From Eledone cirrhosa (lineage: Eukaryota), in the NCBI GenBank assembly GCA_964016885.1, contig OZ024763.1, positions 17,174,001 through 17,238,000 of the forward strand: a stretch of 64,000 nucleotides of DNA, written 5' to 3'. The notes beneath the pieces were generated by a model. It saw nothing but the letters and a program-made list of their open reading frames with translations. It ran no database searches and was not told the origin of the DNA. Positions within the stretch are counted from its first letter, which is position 1. Each line of letters opens with the position of its first letter. Below are positions 53,036 through 64,000 of the stretch, piece after piece. The position numbers were made by a program, and so were the translations under genes.

Positions 53036-53679
53036 TCACTAAATAGAGGGCATCTGTAGTACAGGCATGAAACCAAACTGCATCTTGTCTAGTTTGACTC
53101 TTTCACTAATTAGCTGTACTATAAGTCCTTCTCTCACCTTCATAACTTGGTCCATTAGTTTTATTCCTCTATAGTTGCTGCTTTCTACAGCATCACCTTT
53201 GCCCTTATAGTAATTTATAATTGTACTGCTGCACCACTCATTAGATATGACACCGTCATGTATTACCTGATTCACTGCGCTGGTTACTAGCTTGACTCCT
53301 ACTTCTCCAGATGCTTTTAGCATCTAAAGCAACTATCTCTGATGATCCAACAGCCTTTGTTCTGCATGTCTTTAATTGCTTCTTTAACCCTATAACTGTC
53401 AACTTCAATGACAGGCCCTTCTGTTGAGTGGGTTGGGGGAAGTCTCACCTCCTCCCAGTCATTCTCTACATTCATCAGTCACTCATAGTAACATTTCTTG
53501 GCCTCTTTATATATATATGTGTGTGTGTGTGTATATATGTATATATGTATATATATGTGTGTGTATATATATGTATATATATATATATGTGTGTGTGTGT
53601 GTATATATGTATATATATGTGTGTGTGTGTATATATGTATATATATATATGTGTGTGTGTGTGTATATATGTATATATG

Positions 53680-53748
<69 letters not shown>

Positions 53749-54087
53749 ATATATATGTACATATATATGTGTGTGTGTATATATATGTACATATATATAT
53801 GTGTGTGTGTGTATATATATATATGTGTGTGTATATATATGTATATATATATGTGTGTGTGTGTGTATATATATATGTGTGTGTATGTATATATATGTAT
53901 ATATATATGTGTGTGTGTGTGTATATATATATGTGTGTGTGTATATATATGTATATATATATATGTGTGTGTGTGTGTATATATATATGTGTGTGTGTGT
54001 ATATATATGTATATATATATATGTGTGTGTGTGTATATATATATACGTGTGTGTGTGTGTATATATGTATATATATATATGTGTGTG

Positions 54088-54138
<51 letters not shown>

Positions 54139-54196
54139 GTATATTTTTTAATATTAATTCTGGCAATATTACACAAATATGACCCTCCCCAAGTAT

Positions 54197-54265
<69 letters not shown>

Positions 54266-54357
54266 AACATGCATTCATATATACATGCTAGCATGGAAGA
54301 TGGACGTTAAACGAAGATGATGATGATGATGATGATGCAAGATGTCCTGTGCAGGCA

Positions 54358-54409
54358 ATATTTATTAAAATGCTGTTGAAGTGTGGATACATTTTTTTGG
54401 GACACCCTG

Positions 54410-54411
<2 letters not shown>
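54358..54411 (-). mobile_element. Tc1/mariner-type TIR remnant
   Basis: TA-CAGGGTGTCCCAAAAAAATGTATCCACACTTCAACAGCAT on the minus strand; related mini-element at 63308-63392. Confidence 0.55.
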
Positions 54412-54457
<46 letters not shown>

Positions 54458-54556
54458 CAGAGAGAGAGAGAGAGACATGCATACACACACACACACATAT
54501 ATATATTAACACACACACACACACACACTCACATATATATATATATATCAACACAT

Positions 54557-54592
<36 letters not shown>

Positions 54593-54648
54593 TAACACAC
54601 ACACACACACATATATATATATTAACACATACACACACATATATATTA

Positions 54649-54684
<36 letters not shown>

Positions 54685-54794
54685 TAACACACACACACAC
54701 ATATATATATTAACACATACACACACACATATATATTAACACATACACACACACACATATATATATATTAACACATACACACACATATATATTA

Positions 54795-54826
<32 letters not shown>

Positions 54827-54927
54827 TAACACATACACACACACATATATATATTTGTCAGTAGTCATGTGAAAAGGGTTAACCTCACAAATGAGACAGC
54901 AATATATTGTGACAAGTGGTGAGACAG

Positions 54928-55732
54928 TGCCCTGGGGTAGAGAGTGTGGTGGGGTAGAGTGTGCCCTGGGGTAGTGTGTGTGTGCTGGGGTAGAGAGTGC
55001 CCTGGGGTAGAGTGCCCTGGGGTAGAGTGTGGTGGGGTAGAGTGTGGTGGGGTAGAGTGTGCTGGGGTAGAGTGTGCTGGGGTAGAGTGTGCTGGGGTAG
55101 AGTGTGTTGGGGTAGAGAGTGCTGGGGTAGAGTGTGCTGGGGTAGAGTGTGCTGGGGTAGAGAGTGCTGGGGTAGACAGTATGCTGGGGTAGAGTGTGCT
55201 GGGGTAGACAGTGTGCTGGGGTAGAGTGTGCTGGGGTAGACAGTGTGCTGGGGTAGAGTGTGCTGGGGTAGACAGTGTGCTGGGGTAGACAGTGTGCTGG
55301 GGTAGAGAGTGCTGGGGTAGAGTGTGCTGGGGTAGAGTGTGCTGGGGTAGACAGTGTGCTGGGGTAGACAGTGTGCTGCGGTAGACAGTGTGCTGGGGTA
55401 GACAGTGTCCTGGGGTAGAGTGTGCTGGGGTAGAGTGCCCTGGGGTAGAGTGTGTGCTGGGGTAGAGTGTGCTGGGGTAGAGAGTGCTGGGGTAGAGTGT
55501 GCTGGGGTAGAGTGTACTGGGGTAGACAGTGTGCTGGGGTAGAGAGTGCTGGGGTAGAGAGTGCTGGGGTAGAGTGTGCTGGGGTAGACAGTGTGCTGGG
55601 GTAGACAGTGTCCTGGGGTAGAGTGTGCTGGGGTAGAGTGCCCTGGGGTAGAGTGTGTGCTGGGGTAGAGTGTGCTGGGGTAGAGTGCCCTGGGGTAGAG
55701 TGTGCTGGGGTAGACAGTGTCCTGGGGTAGAC
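54928..55732 (+). repeat. 16-18 bp G-rich minisatellite
   Basis: Unit GTGTGCTGGGGTAGA(CA/GA); one GGGG run per unit. Confidence 0.95.
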
Positions 55733-56062
55733 ACACTTCAAACCAACACATTGTATGGATAAACAAACATGAAGTTGGAGATAATAATATTATACACACA
55801 TACAGATACACACAACCACATACACACACACTCACACACACACAAACACATATAAACACACACACACATACATAAATATATATACATAGACACACACACA
55901 CATTCGCAAACACATATATATACACACACAAACACATATATCCATATACACACATATATATATATATATATATAATGTAGGAGGTGAGTTTTATTGTAGT
56001 ACAATAAAGCAATGCAGATATCGGATAAGAAGCACTCTACAGTTTGTGGGACTGGAGTATGC

Positions 56063-56166
56063 ATAATATAAGATCAAAAGATGGTTAAAGGAGTTCCATA
56101 TATTTTGTGAAATGCGCATAATAAAATATATGGAACTCCTTTAACCATCTTTTGATCTTATATTAT
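56063..56166. repeat. Palindrome with 44-bp arms
   Basis: ATAATATAAGATCAAAAGATGGTTAAAGGAGTTCCATATATTTT and its reverse complement. Confidence 0.9.
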
Positions 56167-56378
56167 ATATATATATATATATATAAGAGGGTGTTAAAGT
56201 TTGCTTGAAGCATTGTGAAATGTGTAAAATACGTAGTTTAGAAAGCCACAACAATGCAGAGGGAAATCTCGAGGTAGGAAGTGAATGATAGATAAGAGAA
56301 ATAGGAGAAAGTGAAAATAGAGAGAGACAAAGATGAAAACAAAACAAAGGTAGAAGGGTTACCGTAGTGGAGATTTAA

Positions 56379-56414
56379 TCCCAATATTTCGGGCTCACGC
56401 CCATCAACGGGGGA
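56379..56414 (-). ncRNA. Hammerhead-like motif with variant core CCGUUGA
   Basis: UCCC-CCGUUGA-U-GGGC(GUGA)GCCC-GAAA-UA-UU-GGGA-UUAAA. Confidence 0.58.
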
Positions 56415-56560
56415 AAGTTCCAAGGGGGGGGAAACAGGCTAAGCGGAGAAAGTTGTGATGTCGTTAAAACAGGAATGCCGTTATGTGGAGAAAATTATTT
56501 AAAATTTAAATGAGGGAAAGAATGTGCGTGCGCATTATATATATATATATATATATATAT

Positions 56561-56666
56561 TGTATTTTGTCTGATGAAGGCACACCATAACTTAACTTGG
56601 TATCCTTGAAATATGTATAATGAAATAAATATGGTTTTATAAATATAGTTTCCATTTATTAATATC

Positions 56667-56668
<2 letters not shown>
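56561..56668 (+). mobile_element. Penelope-like terminal remnant with hammerhead-like core (56571-56617)
   Basis: CUGAUGA-AGG...CCU-U-GAAA-UAUG-UA, then AATAAA; inserted in (TA)n; homologous to 3122-3230. Confidence 0.55.
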
Positions 56669-56729
<61 letters not shown>

Positions 56730-56862
56730 TATGAAACGAAAGGAGCTGTGTGGTTACTAAAAACAAGGTTTAGGACGGTGGTAAGTACGGAGCAGGAAGA
56801 GAAAGGAAGAAAGGAGTTTCCATCGTCAGCTGTAAATGTTTCCCCAAACCGATCTTTCGGCG

Positions 56863-59800
56863 CTGGATTACAGGACATTGGTGGAGTTTGGGTGTGCATG
56901 AGGCCTTTTATTGGCACTGGATTACAGGACATTGGTGGAGTTTGGGTGTGCATGAGGCCTTTTATTGGCACTGGATTACAGGACATTGGTGGAGTTTGGG
57001 TGTGCATGAGGCCTTTTATTGGCACTGGATTACAGGACATTGGTGGAGTTTGGGTGGGTGCACCCGAGGCCTTTTGTTGGCGCTGGATTACAGGACATTG
57101 GTGGAGTTTGGGTGTGCCCGAGGCCTTTTGTTGGCGCTGGATTACAGGACATTGGTGGAGTTTGGGTGTGCCCGAGGCCTTTTGTTGGTGCTGGATTACA
57201 GGACATTGGTGGAGTTTGGGTGTGCCCGAGGCCTTTTGTTGGTGCTGGATTACAGGACATTGGTGGAGTTTGGGTGTGCCCGAGGCCTTTTATTGGCGCT
57301 GGATTACAGGACATTGGTGGAGTTTGGGTGTGCATGAGGCCTTTTATTGGCACTGGATTACAGGACATTGGTGGAGTTTGGGTGTGCATGAGGCCTTTTA
57401 TTGGTGCTGGATTACAGGACATTGGTGGAGTTTGGGTGGGTGCACCCGAGGCCTTTTGTTGGTGCTGGATTACAGGACATTGGTGGAGTTTGGGTGTGCC
57501 CGAGGCCTTTTGTTGGTGCTGGATTACAGGACATTGGTGGAGTTTGGGTGGGTGCACCCGAGGCCTTTTGTTGGTGCTGGATTACAGGACATTGGTGGAG
57601 TTTGGGTGTGCCCAAGGCCTTTTGTTGGTGCTGGATGACAGGACATTGGTGGAGTTTGGGTGTGCCCGAGGCCTTTTGTTGGTGCTGGATGACAGGACAT
57701 TGGTGGAGTTTGGGTGTGCCCGAGGCCTTTTGTTGGTGCTGGATGACAGGACATTGGTGGAGTTTGGGTGTGCCCGAGGCCTTTTGTTGGTGCTGGATTA
57801 CAGGACATTGGTGGAGTTTGGGTGGGTGCACCAGAGGCCTTTTGTTGGTGCTGGATTACAGGACATTGGTGGAGTTTGGGTGGGTGCACCCGAGGCCTTT
57901 TGTTGGTGCTGGATTACAGGACATTGGTGGAGTTTGGGTGGGTGTGCCCGAGGCCTTTTATTGGCGCTGGATTACAGGACATTGGTGGAGTTTGGGTGCA
58001 CCCGAGGCCTTTTGTTGGCGCTGGATTACAGGACATTGGTGGAGTTTGGGTGGGTGCACCCGAGGCCTTTTGTTGGTGCTGGATTACAGGACATTGGTGG
58101 AGTTTGGGTGGGTGCACCCGAGGCCTTTTGTTGGCGCTGGATTACAGGACATTGGTGGAGTTTGGGTGTGCCCGAGGCCTTTTGTTGGCGCTGGATTACA
58201 GGACATTGGTGGAGTTTGGGTGTGCCCGAGGCCTTTTGTTGGTGCTGGATTACAGGACATTGGTGGAGTTTGGGTGTGCCCGAGGCCTTTTGTTGGTGCT
58301 GGATTACAGGACATTGGTGGAGTTTGGGTGTGCCCGAGGCCTTTTATTGGCGCTGGATTACAGGACATTGGTGGAGTTTGGGTGTGCATGAGGCCTTTTA
58401 TTGGCACTGGATTACAGGACATTGGTGGAGTTTGGGTGTGCATGAGGCCTTTTATTGGTGCTGGATTACAGGACATTGGTGGAGTTTGGGTGGGTGCACC
58501 CGAGGCCTTTTGTTGGTGCTGGATTACAGGACATTGGTGGAGTTTGGGTGTGCCCGAGGCCTTTTGTTGGTGCTGGATTACAGGACATTGGTGGAGTTTG
58601 GGTGGGTGCACCCGAGGCCTTTTGTTGGTGCTGGATTACAGGACATTGGTGGAGTTTGGGTGTGCCCAAGGCCTTTTGTTGGTGCTGGATGACAGGACAT
58701 TGGTGGAGTTTGGGTGTGCCCGAGGCCTTTTGTTGGTGCTGGATGACAGGACATTGGTGGAGTTTGGGTGTGCCCGAGGCCTTTTGTTGGTGCTGGATGA
58801 CAGGACATTGGTGGAGTTTGGGTGTGCCCGAGGCCTTTTGTTGGTGCTGGATTACAGGACATTGGTGGAGTTTGGGTGGGTGCACCAGAGGCCTTTTGTT
58901 GGTGCTGGATTACAGGACATTGGTGGAGTTTGGGTGGGTGCACCCGAGGCCTTTTGTTGGTGCTGGATTACAGGACATTGGTGGAGTTTGGGTGGGTGTG
59001 CCCGAGGCCTTTTATTGGCGCTGGATTACAGGACATTGGTGGAGTTTGGGTGCACCCGAGGCCTTTTGTTGGCGCTGGATTACAGGACATTGGTGGAGTT
59101 TGGGTGGGTGCACCCGAGGCCTTTTGTTGGTGCTGGATTACAGGACATTGGTGGAGTTTGGGTGGGTGCACCCGAGGCCTTTTGTTGGTGCTGGATTACA
59201 GGACATTGGTGGAGTTTGGGTGTGCATGAGGCCTTTTGTTGGCGCTGGATTACAGGACATTGGTGGAGTTTGGGTGTGCATGAGGCCTTTTGTTGGTGCT
59301 GGATTACAGGACATTGGTGGAGTTTGGGTGGGTGCACCCGAGGCCTTTTGTTGGTGCTGGATTACAGGACATTGGTGGAGTTTGGGTGTGCATGAGGCCT
59401 TTTGTTGGCGCTGGATTACAGGACATTGGTGGAGTTTGGGTGTGCATGAGGCCTTTTGTTGGCGCTGGATTACAGGACATTGGTGGAGTTTAGGTGGGTG
59501 CACCCGAGGCCTTTTGTTGGTGCTGGATTACAGGACATTGGTGGAGTTTGGGTGTGCATGAGGCCTTTTGTTGGCGCTGGATTACAGGACATTGGTGGAG
59601 TTTGGGTGTACATGAGGCCTTTCATTGGTGCTGGATTACAGGACATTGGTGGAGTTTGGGTGTGCCCGAGGCCTTTGTTGGTGCTGGATTACAGGACATT
59701 GGTGGAGTTTGGGTGTGCATGAGGCCTTTTGTTGGCGCTGGATTACAGGACATTGGTGTAGTTTGGGTGTGCATGAGGCCTTTTATTGGCACTGGATTAC

Positions 59801-62330
59801 AGGACATTGGTGGAGTTTGGGTGCACCCGAGGCCTTTTGTTGGTGCTGGATTACAGGACATTGGTGGAGTTTGGGTGTGCATGAGGCCTTTTGTTGGCAC
59901 TGGATTACAGGACATTGGTGTAGTTTGGGTGTGCATGAGGCCTTTTATTGGCGCTGGATTACAGGACATTGGTGGAGTTTGGGTGGGTGCTAACGAGGCC
60001 TTTAATTGGCGCTGGATTACAGGACATTGGTGGAGTTTGGGTGCACCCGAGGCCTTTTGTTGGTGCTGGATTACAGGACATTGGTGGAGTTTGGGTGTGC
60101 ATGAGGCCTTTTATTGGTGCTGGATTACAGGACATTGGTGGAGTTTGGGTGTGCCCGAGGCCTTTTGTTGGTGCTGGATTACAGGACATTGGTGGAGTTT
60201 GGGTGTGCCCGAGGCCTTTTGTTGGTGCTGGATTACAGGACATTGGTGGAGTTTGGGTGTGCATGAGGCCTTTTATTGGTGCTGGATTACAGGACATTGG
60301 TGGAGTTTGGGTGTGCCCGAGGCCTTTTGTTGGTGCTGGATTACAGGACATTGGTGGAGTTTGGGTGTGCCCGAGGCCTTTTGTTGGTGCTGGATTACAG
60401 GACATTGGTGGAGTTTGGGTGTGCATGAGGCCTTTTGTTGGCGCTGGATTACAGGACATTGGTGGAGTTTGGGTGGGTGTGCCCGAGGCCTTTTGTTGGT
60501 GCTGGATTACAGGACATTGGTGGAGTCTGGGTGTGCCCGAGGCCTTTTGTTGGCGCTGGATTACAGGACATTGGTGGAGTTTGGGTGTGCCCGAGGCCTT
60601 TTGTTGGCGCTGGATTACAGGACATTGGTGGAGTTTGGGTGTGCCCGAGGCCTTTTGTTGGTGCTGGATTACAGGACATTGGTGGAGTTTGGGTGTGCCC
60701 GAGGCCTTTTTTGGTGCTGGATTACAGGACATTGGTGGAGTTTGGGTGTGCATGAGGCCTTTTATTGGCACTGGATTACAGGACATTGGTGGAGTTTGGG
60801 TGTGCATGAGGCCTTTTATTGGCACTGGATTACAGGACATTGGTGGAGTTTGGGTGTGCATGAGGCCTTTTATTGGCACTGGATTACAGGACATTGGTGG
60901 AGTTTGGGTGTGCATGAGGCCTTTTGTTGGCACTGGATTACAGGACATTGGTGGAGTTTGGGTGTGCATGAGGCCTTTTATTGGCACTGGATTACAGGAC
61001 ATTGGTGGAGTTTGGGTGTGCATGAGGCCTTTTGTTGGCACTGGATTACAGGACATTGGTGGAGTTTGGGTGTGCATAAGGCCTTTTGTTGGCACTGGAT
61101 TACAGGACATTGGTGGAGTTTGGGTGTGCCCGAGGCCTTTTGTTGGCGCTGGATTACAGGACATTGGTGGAGTTTGGGTGTGCCCGAGGCCTTTTGTTGG
61201 TGCTGGATTACAGGACATTGGTGGAGTTTGGGTGTGCCCGAGGCCTTTTGTTGGCGCTGGATTACAGGACATTGGTGGAGTTTGGGTGTGCCCGAGGCCT
61301 TTTGTTGGCGCTGGATTACAGGACATTGGTGGAGTTTGGGTGTGCCCGAGGCCTTTTGTTGGTGCTGGATTACAGGACATTGGTGGAGTTTGGGTGTGCC
61401 CGAGGCCTTTTTTGGTGCTGGATTACAGGACATTGGTGGAGTTTGGGTGTGCATGAGGCCTTTTATTGGCACTGGATTACAGGACATTGGTGGAGTTTGG
61501 GTGTGCATGAGGCCTTTTATTGGCACTGGATTACAGGACATTGGTGGAGTTTGGGTGTGCATGAGGCCTTTTATTGGCACTGGATTACAGGACATTGGTG
61601 GAGTTTGGGTGTGCATGAGGCCTTTTGTTGGCACTGGATTACAGGACATTGGTGGAGTTTGGGTGTGCATGAGGCCTTTTATTGGCACTGGATTACAGGA
61701 CATTGGTGGAGTTTGGGTGTGCATGAGGCCTTTTGTTGGCACTGGATTACAGGACATTGGTAGAGTTTGGGTGTGCATGAGGCCTTTTATTGGCACTGGA
61801 TTACAGGATATTGGTGGAGTTTGGGTGTGCATGAGGCCTTTTGTTGGCACTGGATTACAGGACATTGGTGGAGATTGGGTGTGCATGAGGCCTTTTATTG
61901 GCACTGGATTACAGGACATTGGTGGAGTTTGGGTGTGCATGAGGCCTTTTGTTGGCACTGGATTACAGGACATTGGTGGAGTTTGGGTGTGCATGAGGCC
62001 TTTTGTTGGCACTGGATTACAGGACATTGGTGGAGTTTGGGTGCACCCGAGGCCTTTTGTTGGCGCTGGATTACAGGACATTGGTGGAGTTTGGGTGTGC
62101 CCGAGGCCTTTTGTTGGCACTGGATTACAGGACATTGGTGGAGTTTGGGTGTGCCCGAGCCCTTTTATTGGCGCTGGATTACTGGACATTGGTGGAGTTT
62201 GGGTGTGCCCGAGGCCTTTTGTTGGCACTGGATTACAGGACATTGGTGGAGTTTGGGTGTGCATGAGGCCTTTTGTTGGCACTGGATTACAGGACATTGG
62301 TGGAGTTTGGGTGTGCATGAGGCCTTTTAT
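56863..62330. repeat. 54/58-bp satellite array, about 100 copies
   Basis: Unit CTGGATTACAGGACATTGGTGGAGTTTGGGTGTGC(AT/CC)GAGGCCTTTT(A/G)TTGG(CA/TG/CG). Confidence 0.98.
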
Positions 62331-62572
62331 TAATCAAAGGGCCAGGTGGAAAAGGAGAGAGAAAGAGAGAAAAAAAAGGGGAGAAAAAAGGAGAGAGAAA
62401 AGGAAAGAGAGGGAAAGGAGGAAGAACAGGGGGGTGGGGAAAGGATGAGGAGAGAGGAAGAAAGGGGGAAGGGAAAAGGAATAGGAGAAAAAAAGTGTAC
62501 AGGTCCCACGGTGGGAAGACACAGATGAAAGAAACATGCAAAAAAGTAACTGTGCAAAAATAGGGAAAGTAA

Positions 62573-62610
<38 letters not shown>

Positions 62611-62636
62611 ATATATATATGTGTATATATATATAT

Positions 62637-63032
62637 ATATTAATAAGAGGAATTCCAACTTTGTCTGATTTACTCGTTTTATTTACAATCCTTTAAAATA
62701 TATATAATACGGTATTATAATGAAATAGTATGATAGAATATTAAATTCTAAGTGTTAATTGAACAAGTACTTTCATGCTTTCGAAATCTTCAGGTTCATG
62801 ATATGTGGTGACAGTCGAGTTTGCAAATTCAACTGTTGAAAATTGCAAACTCGACTGTCACCACATATCATGAACCTGAAGATTTCGAAAGCATGAAAGT
62901 ACTTGTTCAATTAACACTTAGAATTTAATATTCTATCATACTATTTCATTATAATACCATATTATATATATTTTAAAGGATTGTAAATAAAACGAGTAAA
63001 TCAGACAAAGTTGGAATTCCTCTTATTAATAT
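62637..63032. mobile_element. Near-perfect palindrome of about 395 bp (Penelope-like inverted terminus) in (TA)n
   Basis: Arms about 197 bp centred at about 62834; each arm carries a hammerhead motif. Confidence 0.8.
62871..62909 (+). ncRNA. Minimal type-I hammerhead motif (mirror copy at 62760-62798 on the minus strand)
   Basis: UGAAC-CUGAAGA-UUUC(GAAA)GCAU-GAAA-GUAC-UU-GUUCA; stem II is weak. Confidence 0.68.
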
Positions 63033-63075
63033 AATCTTCTATACACAATCATACACACCCGTGTATATTTACCTA

Positions 63076-63109
<34 letters not shown>

Positions 63110-63307
63110 CTCACAGACACACAATCACATGTTCACATACATACATGCATACTGACATACAGATACTCACACACACATGCATACATATACATATAAACAC
63201 ACACATACACCACACAAAAACACCCTCACAAACACACTCACATGTAGACATAAACTCACATAGACGTATGTGTGTATATATATATATATTATATATATAT
63301 ATATGAG

Positions 63308-63392
63308 AGAGAGGTTGTCCCCAAAAAATGTATACACACTTCAACAGCATTCTAATAAAAGTGTGTATATATTTTTTGGGACAACCTCTCTC
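63308..63392. mobile_element. Tiny mariner-like MITE
   Basis: GAGAGGTTGTCCCCAAAAAATGTATACACAC...GTGTGTATATATTTTTTGGGACAACCTCTC; homologous to 54358-54411. Confidence 0.55.
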
Positions 63393-63542
63393 TCATATAT
63401 ATATATATATATATACACACACATATATAGACACGCGCATACAAACACACACACACACATATATCCACACACACATATATACACACGCACACATACATAT
63501 ATATAGAGACACACACACACAGTCACATACAAGCATTCACAA

Positions 63543-63575
<33 letters not shown>

Positions 63576-63640
63576 TATTCCCATACACACACGCACACGC
63601 AGACATATCATCAGCATCACCATACGTCTGCTCTTCCCTG

Positions 63641-63682
<42 letters not shown>

Positions 63683-63743
63683 TACATATATATATACATA
63701 GACACACACACACACACATATCCATAAACACATATATATATAT

Positions 63744-63792
<49 letters not shown>

Positions 63793-64000
63793 GACACACA
63801 CTCACACAAACACATATATCCATACACGCACACATATACACACACACACACACACATACACACACACATATATATATATATATATACATAGACACACACA
63901 CACGCACACACAAACACATCCATCCACACACACACACATATTTACACACACACACACACACACACTCATATCCACACACACACATATTTACACACACACA

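Larger units (their letters stand above)
49545..53420 (-). mobile_element. Decayed RTE-clade LINE (RT domain to C-terminus) interrupted by two self-derived minisatellites
   Basis: KGKGDAVESSNYRGIKLM...QFGFMP...TTDALYLVR...LYLAFVGLEKVFDRIP...SVLSPLIF...LLYMDDL...WSICRKG...WIHKRCSG...RLEANEATMFYWMC; same family as 12407-13020. Confidence 0.92.

Noticed and set aside
56748-62448. Long ORFs (up to 984 aa) with WITGHWWSLG / LQDIGGVWV repeats
   Set aside because: Products of a stop-poor 54-bp satellite that is open in several frames; 58-bp variants shift the frame freely

Overview
This is AT-rich, repeat-saturated eukaryotic DNA. The SINE/RTE repertoire and the microsatellite density suggest a mollusc, most likely an octopod cephalopod; this is inference. 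No intact host gene is visible, and nearly all long ORFs are artefacts of simple or tandem repeats. The window holds decayed non-LTR retrotransposons (RTE-clade RT, a CRE-like restriction-type endonuclease tail, a Penelope-like GIY-YIG endonuclease fragment), two tRNA-derived SINE families and a 5S rRNA-derived element. It also holds MITE-like DNA elements, micro- and minisatellites, and several long palindromes. Main observations: (1) about ten minimal type-I hammerhead-ribozyme motifs from several unrelated sequence families. They have palindromic helix III and recurrent core variants (U3:A8 swap, CNGUUGA, U.U at the base of stem II) and sit in Penelope-like remnants, mostly beside (TA)n tracts. 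(2) At least five tandem arrays derive from retrotransposon coding sequence. (3) A candidate zero-length exon/recursive splice site lies at 3930/3931. (4) There is a candidate 5S-headed SINE. Coordinates were counted by eye and may be off by a few bases.
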